From contig CALGPK010000031.1 in the NCBI GenBank assembly GCA_937960415.1, forward strand, positions 36,119-100,118: DNA of 64,000 nt, written 5' to 3'. Positions within the stretch are counted from its first letter, which is position 1; each line of letters opens with the position of its first letter. The stretch is from an uncultured Bacteroidales bacterium (lineage in GTDB: Bacteria; Bacteroidota; Bacteroidia; Bacteroidales; GWA2-32-17). Below are positions 37,804-47,953 of this stretch, piece after piece. Below the pieces are notes generated by a model. It saw only the letters and a program-made list of their open reading frames with translations, searched no databases and was not told the DNA's origin. The position numbers and the translations under genes are program-made.

Positions 37804-38544
37804 CTACAATGTTGACATCAAATTAAAGAATTCATCTTTCCTTTTTCGGGATAAAGGAACAACTTTATTGTCGGACATTACAATCATTAAATCTTTTGTA
37901 AATATCGATTTCACGTAATTCAGGTTAATCAAATATGAGTGATGAACTCTAAAAAAGTCGTAATGCTCAAGCATAAGGTGGTAATCTTTCAATTTTTTTG
38001 CAACAAAAAAACTTTCTCCCGTAGTAGTAATAATTCTAACATAATTTCCTTCTGCCTCAAATCGTATAATATCGGACAATTTAATATAAACAATCCTATC
38101 GCTATTAACAATTTCTATTTTTTTATTTTGCAAACCTATTTTTTTCAATAATTCGTAACCATTATTTGTTTGATCACCTTTTGCATTCTTTTTATCCTCT
38201 ACTTTTTGAATCGCTTTTTTTAATTCATTTATATCTAATGGCTTTAATATATAATCTAAAGCATTTCGTTTAATAGCCTGTAATGCATATTGATGATGAG
38301 CTGTTACAAAAATAATTTCAAAGCTAATTGAGTTTAATCCATTTAACATCTCAAAGACATCGCCATCGGGCATTTGAATATCGAGCAACAAACAATCAAA
38401 ATCGTGCGATAGTATTGCTGCTTTGGTTTCTTCAACTGAATAACACTTTGCAATTACTTGAACTTGAGGGCAGCACAATTTTAACGCACTTTCTAACAAA
38501 TTGTTTGCATCTTTTTCGTCGTCGGCAATGATTGCTTTTAGCAT
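37804..38544 (-). CDS. LytTR-family (LytR/AlgR) response regulator
   Basis: ATG 38544 (MLKAIIADDE). Receiver with the phospho-acceptor in LLLDIQMPDG. C-terminal LytTR domain (FFRVHHSYLINLNYV). Confidence 0.85.
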   Translation of the reverse strand: MLKAIIADDEKDANNLLESALKLCCPQVQVIAKCYSVEETKAAILSHDFDCLLLDIQMPDGDVFEMLNGLNSISFEIIFVTAHHQYALQAIKRNALDYILKPLDINELKKAIQKVEDKKNAKGDQTNNGYELLKKIGLQNKKIEIVNSDRIVYIKLSDIIRFEAEGNYVRIITTTGESFFVAKKLKDYHLMLEHYDFFRVHHSYLINLNYVKSIFTKDLMIVMSDNKVVPLSRKRKDEFFNLMSTL

Positions 38545-38568
38545 ATTTTTTCTGGCAATATACAAAAT

Positions 38569-39747
38569 TTATTTGAAATCTGGATAAAGATATGTATCAA
38601 AAGGGTATTTTCGGGCATGAATTTGCTTAACTACTTCGTAAATATGCTTACGCAAATGATCGATATTAATTTTATTTGTAGCAGAAATAACAAGCATTTT
38701 ATGCATATTCATCTGAAATTGCTCTAAAAACACTCGGGCTTCATTTAAACGCACATTCAACTCTTTATCGTTAAGTAAATCCATTTTGTTAAAAACATGT
38801 ATAAAAGTTTGTTCCGTAATATTTAGCTCGTACAAGGTTTGATTAACAACTTTTATCTGTTCTATAAAAGAAGGGTGGCTAATATCGATAACATGTAAAA
38901 TAACTTCTGCCTCACGAATTTCATCGAGCGTCGACTTAAACGACTCTACCAGTGTATGAGGCAACTTTCTTATAAATCCAACGGTATCGGATAATAGAAA
39001 TGGAACATTATCTATAACAACTCGCCTTACTGTTGTATCTAATGTTGCAAATAATTTATTTTCGGCAAATACACTCGATTTACTGAGTATGTTCATCAAG
39101 GTAGATTTTCCAACATTGGTATAACCTACCATTGCCACACGAACCAATTTAGAGCGATTCTGACGTTGCGTTTGTTTTTGAGTATCAATTTTTTTTAATT
39201 CATCTTTCAAAATCGATATTCGTTTCTTAATAACACGCTTATCGGTTTCGAGTTCCTTTTCGCCGGGTCCTCTCATTCCTATACCTCCTTGCTGACGTTC
39301 GAGGTGTGTCCACATACGCGTCAGACGGGGCAACATATATTCATATTGTGCCAATTCGACTTGTACTTTTGCATAAGCAGTTTTAGCCCGCATAGCAAAA
39401 ATATCGAGTATAAGATTGGTTCTGTCTAAAATTGGAATATTAAGTATTTGATTAATATTTCTGAGTTGAGTACCTGTAAGTTCATCGTCAAATATTGCAA
39501 TATCGATCTGATTTTCTTTGATAAATTCCTTTATCATCAATAATTTGCCTTCTCCTATAAATGTTTTAGGATTGGGCTTTTCGATTTTTTGCACAAAACG
39601 CCCCAACGTTTTTAAATCGGCAGTTAACGCCAAAAATTCCAATTCGTCAAGATATTCGTTAACTTTTGTTTCGTCAACTTCTGGTGTAATAACACCTATT
39701 AAAACGCACTTACGTATATCTTGAATAGTTGATAAGCCCAATCCCAT
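38569..39747 (-). CDS. hflX: GTPase HflX
   Basis: G1 motif GYTNVGKST, DTVGFI, NKMD. N-terminal HflX domain with ELETDKR. Confidence 0.9.
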   Translation of the reverse strand: MGLGLSTIQDIRKCVLIGVITPEVDETKVNEYLDELEFLALTADLKTLGRFVQKIEKPNPKTFIGEGKLLMIKEFIKENQIDIAIFDDELTGTQLRNINQILNIPILDRTNLILDIFAMRAKTAYAKVQVELAQYEYMLPRLTRMWTHLERQQGGIGMRGPGEKELETDKRVIKKRISILKDELKKIDTQKQTQRQNRSKLVRVAMVGYTNVGKSTLMNILSKSSVFAENKLFATLDTTVRRVVIDNVPFLLSDTVGFIRKLPHTLVESFKSTLDEIREAEVILHVIDISHPSFIEQIKVVNQTLYELNITEQTFIHVFNKMDLLNDKELNVRLNEARVFLEQFQMNMHKMLVISATNKINIDHLRKHIYEVVKQIHARKYPFDTYLYPDFK

Positions 39748-39748
39748 A

Positions 39749-40912
39749 TTATTTCAGCAGATAATTATTATCTCTGAGTAAATCGTAAAATACATTTTTA
39801 AATATCTGCATCGTACCCGAAATCATTTCTAAATCATTTGGAAATGGCAAAGGAGGTTTACCAAGCTGTTTTCTAATATCATCGTCTAAAGCACGTAAAT
39901 CACCATAAGCGATATAACTAATATTTTCGAAAAAGAAATCGGATGCAATCGGTTTAGTTAGTACATTTCTTTGCTCATCGACATCAAAATAGATAACATC
40001 TCCTTCGATATGGGCTGCTTTTTGCTGTATGGTTTCTATCAAGTGGCACGAAACTTCAATCATACGGGGAATACGAATAGGATTGCCCAACGAATCTTTT
40101 ACAACATTATTCTGACTATCTAACAATACTTCGGTACCATCCTGAACTTTTTTTGTTTTTATAGACTCGCGATGCAAGACTTTTTCGGGCAAAATTTGAA
40201 TGTTTTTTAAATTGAGTTTGATGATATAATGATAGGTTTCGTAATCGTATATTGTTGAATAGTAACGTTTCCACTTCTGTTCGAGTTTTTCAAATCCTAT
40301 ATTAAATAATTCATCTTTAAAACCGGGAGGCAATTTGTAAAACGTACTATTTTCGAACATCAGACCTACTTTAGTTATCCCTTTTTGTTCTGCAAGGGCA
40401 ATTAAATCATCAACATCCTGATAGGTTTCGAAATAATATTTTACGTTTTTAAAATATTGAAATGCTTTGCGTGCATTAAAACGATTATTGGTGCTTAAAA
40501 GTTGCTTGCCTTTTGTGTACCAGTATTCGGCAGCATTTTGCTTGGCAACAATAATATCCTTATCATAATCGATATAATCAAATTCAATAAGTCTATTTTT
40601 ATACTTTAAAGGCAAAATAGGCATTACCAGAGATTGGCGTTTTTTTAGTTTTTGGTATATCTCCAGTATATCGCCCCAATTTTCGGGTTTACCTTCTAAT
40701 TTAAGTAATCGTAAATTTTCGTTATCGCGATGATTGGCTGCTGTATATGATTTTTCTAAGTAATATACTTCTTTTTCGTTCGATGGTTCTTTTTTAATCT
40801 TTTTTACAGCTCTTGCAATAGCTCTATCGTATTCTCCTCGAATATAATATCTTTTAGTAACATTGCAAGCTATTAAAAAAATAACTAAAAAAAATATAAG
40901 AAATCTTATCAT
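39749..40912 (-). CDS. Hypothetical lipoprotein (387 aa)
   Basis: Signal/lipobox FLVIFLIACN. No catalytic motif recognised. Its stop is 1 nt upstream of the hflX start codon. Confidence 0.5.
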   Translation of the reverse strand: MIRFLIFFLVIFLIACNVTKRYYIRGEYDRAIARAVKKIKKEPSNEKEVYYLEKSYTAANHRDNENLRLLKLEGKPENWGDILEIYQKLKKRQSLVMPILPLKYKNRLIEFDYIDYDKDIIVAKQNAAEYWYTKGKQLLSTNNRFNARKAFQYFKNVKYYFETYQDVDDLIALAEQKGITKVGLMFENSTFYKLPPGFKDELFNIGFEKLEQKWKRYYSTIYDYETYHYIIKLNLKNIQILPEKVLHRESIKTKKVQDGTEVLLDSQNNVVKDSLGNPIRIPRMIEVSCHLIETIQQKAAHIEGDVIYFDVDEQRNVLTKPIASDFFFENISYIAYGDLRALDDDIRKQLGKPPLPFPNDLEMISGTMQIFKNVFYDLLRDNNYLLK

Positions 40913-40927
40913 GCAATAAAATTTAAT

Positions 40928-40948
40928 AAAGCCCTTTAAAAGGGCTTT
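40928..40948 (-). terminator. Hairpin after the tonB-like gene
   Basis: AAAGCCC (40928-40934) / GGGCTTT (40942-40948), 7-nt loop. The T-tract is weak. Confidence 0.45.
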
Positions 40949-40951
40949 ATC

Positions 40952-41632
40952 TTAATTCAGTTTGAAGTTTATTGGCAACTGGAACGACACTCTAACCGGT
41001 TTACCTCTCTGTTTTCCGGGCTTCCATGCTGGCATACTTAAAATAACTCTAACGGCTTCTTTGTCAAGAGAGGGATCAACACCACGAACTACTTGAACAT
41101 CAGTAACCTTGCCATCTTTTCCAATAACAAATTGCACAAAAACTTTACCTTGAATACCGTTTTCCTTGGCTATTTCAGGATATTTTATATTTTTACTAAT
41201 CCATTGAAACATGGCAGCTTCGCCACCCGGGAACTCAGGTTTTTCTTCAATTACGTAAAAGTTTATTACTTCTTCGGTCTCTTCTTCTTGTTGAACTTCA
41301 ACTGGTGCCTGTATTTGAGTATTTGCATCGGCCTCGGTACTTTCAATCTTTACTTCATTCTGTATTTCCTGATTGTTTTCGACTATTTCTAAAACGTCCG
41401 TTACTGGTGGTGGAGGTGGTGGAGGAGTCTTTATTTCTTCTTGTTTGGTAATGGGAATAATTTCTTCTTCAATTGGTCCTGAATTTTCAACAACAAAACC
41501 ACTACCATCACCCGGTACAATTTTCAACTCAAAAGCAAAAAGTACCAAAACTAAAGTTATAAAAAGACCTACCTGAAAAAACAAACTACGTTTTTTTTCG
41601 AGGTCAACCTTAGGACTTTTCTTAATTTCCAT
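40952..41632 (-). CDS. Energy transducer TonB
   Basis: N-terminal TM anchor, Pro-rich spacer TPPPPPPPVT, C-terminal TonB domain (PEFPGGEAAMFQWISKNIKYPEIAKENGIQGKVFVQFVI). Confidence 0.8.
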   Translation of the reverse strand: MEIKKSPKVDLEKKRSLFFQVGLFITLVLVLFAFELKIVPGDGSGFVVENSGPIEEEIIPITKQEEIKTPPPPPPPVTDVLEIVENNQEIQNEVKIESTEADANTQIQAPVEVQQEEETEEVINFYVIEEKPEFPGGEAAMFQWISKNIKYPEIAKENGIQGKVFVQFVIGKDGKVTDVQVVRGVDPSLDKEAVRVILSMPAWKPGKQRGKPVRVSFQLPINFKLN

Positions 41633-41716
41633 AATCGAATATCGTTAAATTTTAGTTTAATTTTCAACGAACAAATTTAATACCATTTTTTTAAATATAC
41701 TCATTAAAGCCAACTT

Positions 41717-42592
41717 TTATTGAATTTTTTCTTTCGGCTCTACGTGTATTGTTAATTCAAGATTGGTAAGCCTTTTTTTTAAATCTTCTTCTATTTTATC
41801 GCAAATATCATGAACTTGTTGAAGAGAAAAACCGGGCGGCAATTCTAAATGAAACTCTGCAAAAATAAAATTTCCAGACTTACGAGTTTTTAAATCATGA
41901 TAGGTATATTGATGCGAAATAAGATAATTACGAATTAATTCAATATCCTGAATATTGGCAGCTTCATCCATCAAAGGATGAAATGCTTTTTTAAATAAAG
42001 AAACTCCCTCAATGAACATATAAATAGCAACCAAAATAGCTAAAATGGAGTCGACTATGAACCATTGAAACCAGGCTATTAGACAAAAGCCTAATATCAT
42101 ACCCAGCGATGCAAACATATCGGCACGCAAATGAAGCGCATCGCCCTCGAGTGCTAACGATTGAGTTTGCTTTACTACTCGGTATAAATAAGACGACACA
42201 ATTAAATTAACAATAAACGATACCAATAACACCAAAACAGCCAGATAAGGCATTTCAATTGGCACAGGTTCTATTATACGTTGAATGGATTCATAAAAAA
42301 TGTAAACAGCAGCTAATAAAATTAATAGTGCTTCGATACTTGCCGTAACATTTTCTATTTTTTTATGTCCAAAAGGATGTTTTTCATCGGCTGGTTGTTC
42401 GGAATATCGAACAGAGAGCCATGTAATAATCGATGCCAACCAATCGCTTAACGAGTGCAGCGCTTCCGACAATATGCTAACTGAACCTGTTAAAAAGCTT
42501 ACTACTATTTTGAGTATAATTAACAAAGAGTTGGAGATAATGGATAATAATGCTGCATGCGATGCCTTATATGACAAACTTAAAAAATGCAT
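41717..42592 (-). CDS. Cation diffusion facilitator (CDF) family metal efflux transporter
   Basis: Six TM segments. SEALHSLSDWLAS and HLRADMFAS metal-site motifs. C-terminal cytoplasmic domain. Confidence 0.85.
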   Translation of the reverse strand: MHFLSLSYKASHAALLSIISNSLLIILKIVVSFLTGSVSILSEALHSLSDWLASIITWLSVRYSEQPADEKHPFGHKKIENVTASIEALLILLAAVYIFYESIQRIIEPVPIEMPYLAVLVLLVSFIVNLIVSSYLYRVVKQTQSLALEGDALHLRADMFASLGMILGFCLIAWFQWFIVDSILAILVAIYMFIEGVSLFKKAFHPLMDEAANIQDIELIRNYLISHQYTYHDLKTRKSGNFIFAEFHLELPPGFSLQQVHDICDKIEEDLKKRLTNLELTIHVEPKEKIQ

Positions 42593-42634
42593 TATAAAAG
42601 TTATTCCTTAAACAGCTTTAAAATATAAAAAACG

Positions 42635-45433
42635 CTATTTTTTTTCTGGTTTAAGATATAGTTTGACGTAATTATTTGAACTGAAGTATTTATTAGCCAG
42701 TTGCTGAATTTCCTGTGGTGTTACCTTGTTGACTTTTATATTGTAATCGTCAATAGATGATTTAGGATCGTCATAATAATAAACATTTTCGAGTTTTCGA
42801 ACCCACCAATTGTTTCGCTTTATATCTGTTTCGCGTTCTCGTATCATTTGTTCCTTGACTTTGTTAAGATTTTCTACACTGGGACCTTTCTTTTTCAAGA
42901 TGTCCATTTGTTTCAGAACCACGGCAGATAGCTTATCCTGTCTCTTAGGATCACAGCCAAACATAATGGTAATCATAAGCTCAGGTTTGGGATATTTGTC
43001 AATATCGAGGCGTGCTTGAACACCATAGGTGCCGCTTTCTTTTTCGCGAACATTTTCGCGCAACATAATATCCAGTATCTTAATAAGTTGTTGAGTTTTT
43101 ATATTATTTTCGGGCGACCATTCATATTCGCTATGCCATGCCATGCCTACCAGGCCTTTTTCTTCCTTACCTTTATACACAATGTCGGTAATTATTCCAG
43201 AAGGGAATTTAGGACTTACATCTTTCCACATATCTTGATGTTTCGATGAAGGCAATGCACCAATATACTTTTGAATTAATGGAATAGCTTCTTCTTCATT
43301 GATGTTTCCTACAAAGAAAAACTTAAAGCCATTGGCATTGCTAAAACGATCTTTAAAATAGTTGATCGATTTTTCGAGATTTAACGTAGCCATTTGTTCT
43401 TCGGTGGGTATGAGTATTGTACGTGGGTCATTTTGTGTTACAATTTTTGTAAATTTTTCTATAAATGTAAACTGAGGGTTGTTCATAATAAACATAAACT
43501 GACTTTTCAATTTTGAGACAAATGCTTTAAATGCTTCTTCATCGGAGCGAATATCAGTAAAATACATATAGATAAGTTGTAAAAATGTCTCCATATCTTT
43601 GGGAGAAAACTTACCACTAAAACCTTGTTTAACATCAGTAATATACGGTGTAATGTTAATATCTTTTCCTGCAAGTTTTTTCTTTAAATCCGATTTGCTA
43701 AAACTACCCAAACCACTCTCCTCTACAATAGCAGAGGCATACATTGCATTCAATACATCGTTGTCAGAAGCAAGCGATGTACCACCTAATCCATAGGCAG
43801 AAAATTGTATTTCGTTATTCTTAAAATCGGTAGTTTTAATAATAACCTGAGCACCATTAGCAAAAGTAAATTCAATGTATCCCAATTCTTTATTTTCAAC
43901 TCTACTAATTATCTCTGAACCACTGGGCAACTGGGCAATAAGTGGTGCATCTAACTGTTTGTCTTCGTACGGCTTAAGTTCTACTGTCTTTACTTTCTCA
44001 ATAATTTTTATTATCTCACTTTGATCGGGCACTTTTATACCTTCTTTTTTAGGTGCCTGAACCATCAGCACAAAGTTATGATCAGTAATCCATTGCTTAG
44101 CAAGTGCATTCACTTCTTCTAAAGTTATGTCGGGCAAAAATTTCTTTGCATATTCATATTCGTTTTGAGCACCTGGAATAGGGTTTTTAGACAAATAATG
44201 ATACACATATTCCATTGCTAAATTACCCGATTCCATTTTATCGTATTCTTTTGCATTTTTTTCGTATTGATTCAATAAATCTTTTTTCTGTCGTTCGAGT
44301 TCGGTTTGGGTAAAGCCAAAACGTTTTACCCGTTCATTTTCAAGCATCAACGTTTCAAATGATTGGTCAATCTTATTTTCTTTTGATAAAGCATAACCCA
44401 GATAAGCATCTTTAGTACGTGCCAGGAAGCTTCCATATTGTGTACCAGCATAAATAAAAGGCGACTCAGGCTTTTGAGTAATTTCTTCCAGACGATTATT
44501 TATCATACCGGTAAATAAATCCTGTAGCAATTGCCAGCGAAAATCTTCAACGGTTTCAATATATTTTTTGGGATGTTTATAGAAGAACATTACGATATTT
44601 TGGGTTGCTTCTTCGTCGGTTTCTATACTAATAAGAGGCTCTTTGTTATCGGGTAAATCAAAAACTTCGCGTTTTTTCTCACTTTGCGGATTTTGTATAT
44701 GAGCAAAGTGCTTAATGATATATTTTTCGGCTTGTTCGATATCCATATCACCAACTACTACAACAGCCATGAGGCTTGGACGATACCAATCTCTGTAAAA
44801 CTGACGTAAGGTTTCGTGCTTAAATGTTTTCAGTATTTCGGGTTTTCCAATAGGTAAGCGTTCGGCATATTTCGAACCTTTAAAAATAACGGGGAATGCT
44901 TTTTTACGCATACGATCTTCGGCACCAAGACCAAGTCGCCATTCTTCGAGCACTACCCCACGCTCCTTATCTATCTCTTTTCCGTCGAGGGTTACTTGAT
45001 GTGCCCAATCCTCCAAAATTTGAAAACCCTTTTCAATAAGGTCGGGCTGATCGGTTGGTACTTTGAGCATATATACGGTTTCGTCGAAACTGGTATATGC
45101 GTTCAAATCGGCTCCAAAACGAATTCCCATACGCTCTATGGTGTTTACCAGCTCTTGCTTGGGAAAATTTTTGGTACCATTAAAACACATGTGCTCCAGT
45201 AAATGAGCCAAACCTTGTTGCTCGTCGGTTTCGAGTATTGAGCCTGCATTAACAGCCAGACGTAATTCTATGCGTTTTTCAGGTTTTGCATTTTTACGAA
45301 TGTAGTACGTTAAACCATTGTCAAGTTTTCCTACTTTAACATTAGGATCAATAGGGAGTTTCTCTTGCGAAAACGCATTTACCCAAGATAAAAATAAAAC
45401 TCCCCCGAGTAAAAATAACATGTTTACCTTCAT
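42635..45433 (-). CDS. M16 (insulinase/pitrilysin) family zinc peptidase, double-length form
   Basis: 932 aa with signal peptide. Inverted zinc motif HLLEHMCFNG. Confidence 0.85.
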   Translation of the reverse strand: MKVNMLFLLGGVLFLSWVNAFSQEKLPIDPNVKVGKLDNGLTYYIRKNAKPEKRIELRLAVNAGSILETDEQQGLAHLLEHMCFNGTKNFPKQELVNTIERMGIRFGADLNAYTSFDETVYMLKVPTDQPDLIEKGFQILEDWAHQVTLDGKEIDKERGVVLEEWRLGLGAEDRMRKKAFPVIFKGSKYAERLPIGKPEILKTFKHETLRQFYRDWYRPSLMAVVVVGDMDIEQAEKYIIKHFAHIQNPQSEKKREVFDLPDNKEPLISIETDEEATQNIVMFFYKHPKKYIETVEDFRWQLLQDLFTGMINNRLEEITQKPESPFIYAGTQYGSFLARTKDAYLGYALSKENKIDQSFETLMLENERVKRFGFTQTELERQKKDLLNQYEKNAKEYDKMESGNLAMEYVYHYLSKNPIPGAQNEYEYAKKFLPDITLEEVNALAKQWITDHNFVLMVQAPKKEGIKVPDQSEIIKIIEKVKTVELKPYEDKQLDAPLIAQLPSGSEIISRVENKELGYIEFTFANGAQVIIKTTDFKNNEIQFSAYGLGGTSLASDNDVLNAMYASAIVEESGLGSFSKSDLKKKLAGKDINITPYITDVKQGFSGKFSPKDMETFLQLIYMYFTDIRSDEEAFKAFVSKLKSQFMFIMNNPQFTFIEKFTKIVTQNDPRTILIPTEEQMATLNLEKSINYFKDRFSNANGFKFFFVGNINEEEAIPLIQKYIGALPSSKHQDMWKDVSPKFPSGIITDIVYKGKEEKGLVGMAWHSEYEWSPENNIKTQQLIKILDIMLRENVREKESGTYGVQARLDIDKYPKPELMITIMFGCDPKRQDKLSAVVLKQMDILKKKGPSVENLNKVKEQMIRERETDIKRNNWWVRKLENVYYYDDPKSSIDDYNIKVNKVTPQEIQQLANKYFSSNNYVKLYLKPEKK

Positions 45434-45514
45434 AGAATAAAATTTTTATATGCTTTAAGACGTTTTTTTGAACATAAAGTTACACGAAAAAGTGAAAATA
45501 AAATAATGCCATTA

Positions 45515-46102
45515 CTAATAGTTAAAAAAATTCTCGTAACCGATACCCACATCAAAACGACCGTTGTATATCGATACAGGTTCGTTATTCACAAAAGTTT
45601 TTAATCGAAAGGTTCCACACAAAATGGTTTTATATAATTCGTTATCGACAAAAAGCTTTTGGGCTTTTCTAAAATGTAGTTCGCCTTCAATAATGTTGAG
45701 TATATATATAGCTCCTCCGATGCGCATACTAACCTTGCTTGAAGTATCTTTAAGATTAATGACTACATTGTTTAACATCGTAAGTTCATATTCGTTTTGT
45801 GGCGAATAACCTTTGAAAGAAAATTTTAAAGACATGTTGCCATACTGGTAGCTACCTTGCAGAAGAAAATGTAAGGTGTCATTATTTACAAAAACTTTTG
45901 CTGGCACTATATCATTATTTGACCGAAAAGGGGCACGATCGTAGTATGCTCCAAAAGTATTATAGCCCCATTCGGAGTATATGGGCAAACCCGGATTGTA
46001 TGGGTCTTCGATAAAAACACTTTGCGACAATATGTATTCATCTTGTTTTTTACAAGCACTTAAAACAATTAGTATAAGTGATAAATATAAAATGTTCTTC
46101 AT
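45515..46102 (-). CDS. Hypothetical lipoprotein (195 aa)
   Basis: Lipobox LIVLSACKK. No family recognised. Starts 6 nt after the stop of the upstream barrel-like gene. Confidence 0.45.
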   Translation of the reverse strand: MKNILYLSLILIVLSACKKQDEYILSQSVFIEDPYNPGLPIYSEWGYNTFGAYYDRAPFRSNNDIVPAKVFVNNDTLHFLLQGSYQYGNMSLKFSFKGYSPQNEYELTMLNNVVINLKDTSSKVSMRIGGAIYILNIIEGELHFRKAQKLFVDNELYKTILCGTFRLKTFVNNEPVSIYNGRFDVGIGYENFFNY

Positions 46103-46108
46103 AACCCA

Positions 46109-46906
46109 CTACTTTAATATTAAATGAAACGGAATTTGAACACTGGCTTTAATAGCAGAATAACGTTCTGCATCAGTTAAAATGAAGTAATTGCCTCCCA
46201 AATACTTCGATAGAATATTAAACTCAACATTCAACGAAATTTTTTCGATATAGTAATATCGAAAACCCAACGATGCCGATGCTGAATAGTAAACTTTATC
46301 TAATGTTTGCTGAATTATACTTAGTACTTCTGTCTTATTTAAATTCATTTCGGGATTGAAAAACGTAACATCGAGTTTATGATGTACATTAAATCCCACA
46401 TCGGCACTCATTCTGACAAATAAGCCTAATCTTTTACGATTGAGAAAGTAATAGCGAACATCAACTGGGACAGTAAGGTAATGTTGGTTTTCTGTAATAT
46501 TTTTTAAACGAGCATATTTCGATTCTTGCTGATTCGAAGCGTATCGGAAATAAAAATATTCGGCATTTTCGGACATTCTTCCCTTAATAGTTGTAAAATA
46601 TAACCAATATTTTACTCCTAACGAAAAGCCAAAATTCAACTGATTGTTGTATAGTTCTAATTTAGCTGCATACGTTAGTCCATTGGTTTGTGCCACAATT
46701 TTGGCAACGTTATGGTTATAATAACTATTACTACTCACGTTCTGACGTATGGGGATATTTTCTTTCAGAGTGGTATTTGGCAATAAACCGCTTATTTCGA
46801 TGTGAACATATTTTTGCCAGGTTTGCGACGATTCACTTTCGTTTTGTGAATCCGAACGCGATGAAAAAAATAAAATTGCCAATAGCAAACAATAAATATT
46901 TTTCAT
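46109..46906 (-). CDS. Hypothetical outer-membrane beta-barrel-like protein (265 aa)
   Basis: Signal peptide. Alternating aromatic strands (FGFSLGVKYWLYF, LGLFVRMSADVGFNV, ASASLGFRYYY). Confidence 0.45.
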   Translation of the reverse strand: MKNIYCLLLAILFFSSRSDSQNESESSQTWQKYVHIEISGLLPNTTLKENIPIRQNVSSNSYYNHNVAKIVAQTNGLTYAAKLELYNNQLNFGFSLGVKYWLYFTTIKGRMSENAEYFYFRYASNQQESKYARLKNITENQHYLTVPVDVRYYFLNRKRLGLFVRMSADVGFNVHHKLDVTFFNPEMNLNKTEVLSIIQQTLDKVYYSASASLGFRYYYIEKISLNVEFNILSKYLGGNYFILTDAERYSAIKASVQIPFHLILK

Positions 46907-46990
46907 GTTTTTTAACTTTTACAAAAACAAAGTTAATATCATCTGTTGTAATTTAAAATTTTTCAGATAGTAACTTTTAGATAAAAAAAT

Positions 46991-47944
46991 CTATATTTTC
47001 TTCTCAATTTGATATTTGTTTCTATCGACAGCATTTCGTGTAATAAGCTCTGCCAGAAATCCTGCCAAAAAAAGTTGTACTCCAAGTATAACTGCCAACA
47101 AAGCTAGATAAAATAAAGGCTGGTCTGTAACATTCCGTGTAGGAATATTATTCAGCGACTTATAAACTTTTTCAGCAAGGAGGTAAAACGAAACTCCCCC
47201 ACCCAGTAGGAACATGATAGTACCCCAAACACCAAAAAAGTGCATGGGTCTTCGTCCAAAACGTGTAATAAAGCTCACCGAAAGCAAATCGAGTGGACCA
47301 CGAATAAAACGCTCCAGCCCAAACTTACTCTTGCCATATTTTCGCTCCTGATGCTTAACGACCTTTTCGCCAATGCGTTTAAATCCTGCCCACTTAGCAA
47401 GAACAGGAATGTAGCGGTGCATATCGCCATATACTTCAATGCTCTTTACAACCTGTTGGCGATATGCTTTTAAACCACAATTCATGTCGTGCAACTTGAT
47501 ACCACTGATTTTTTTCACTGTCCAGTTGTACAACTTGCTTGGTAATCGTTTTGAAAACAATGGATCGTGCCGAACTTTTTTCCAGCCCGAAATCAAATCG
47601 TATTTTTCTTCAACAATCATTCGATACAACTCTGGTATCTCTTCAGGATTGTCTTGCAAGTCAGCATCCATCGTTATTACTACCTGCCCTCGTGCTTCAT
47701 TAAAGCCCACCTGCAAAGCAGCAGCCTTACCATAATTACGCAGAAACTTTATAGCTTTGATGCACGAATATTTCTCTTTAAGCAATTCTATTACATTCCA
47801 CGAATTATCAGTACTTCCATCATCAATAAGTATTAACTCGTAAGTAAAATTATTTTCGTTCATCACCCGTGTAATCCATTCAACTAGTTCGGGCAAAGAT
47901 TCTTCTTCATTCAATAAAGGTATTACTATGGATAATTGCAACAT
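46991..47944 (-). CDS. GT2 polyprenyl-phosphate glycosyltransferase (GtrB/ArnC-like) with C-terminal TM helices
   Basis: LSIVIPLLNEEESLPEL, ILIDDGSTDNS, MDADLQD. Two C-terminal TM segments. Confidence 0.8.
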   Translation of the reverse strand: MLQLSIVIPLLNEEESLPELVEWITRVMNENNFTYELILIDDGSTDNSWNVIELLKEKYSCIKAIKFLRNYGKAAALQVGFNEARGQVVITMDADLQDNPEEIPELYRMIVEEKYDLISGWKKVRHDPLFSKRLPSKLYNWTVKKISGIKLHDMNCGLKAYRQQVVKSIEVYGDMHRYIPVLAKWAGFKRIGEKVVKHQERKYGKSKFGLERFIRGPLDLLSVSFITRFGRRPMHFFGVWGTIMFLLGGGVSFYLLAEKVYKSLNNIPTRNVTDQPLFYLALLAVILGVQLFLAGFLAELITRNAVDRNKYQIEKKI

Positions 47945-47953
47945 AATAATTTG

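Noticed and set aside
41404-41427. A GGTGG/GGAGG purine-rich run that could suggest a simple-sequence contingency tract.
   Set aside because: It encodes the poly-proline spacer (PPPPPPP) of TonB on the minus strand, which is a standard feature. It is not a homopolymer or a perfect short tandem repeat.
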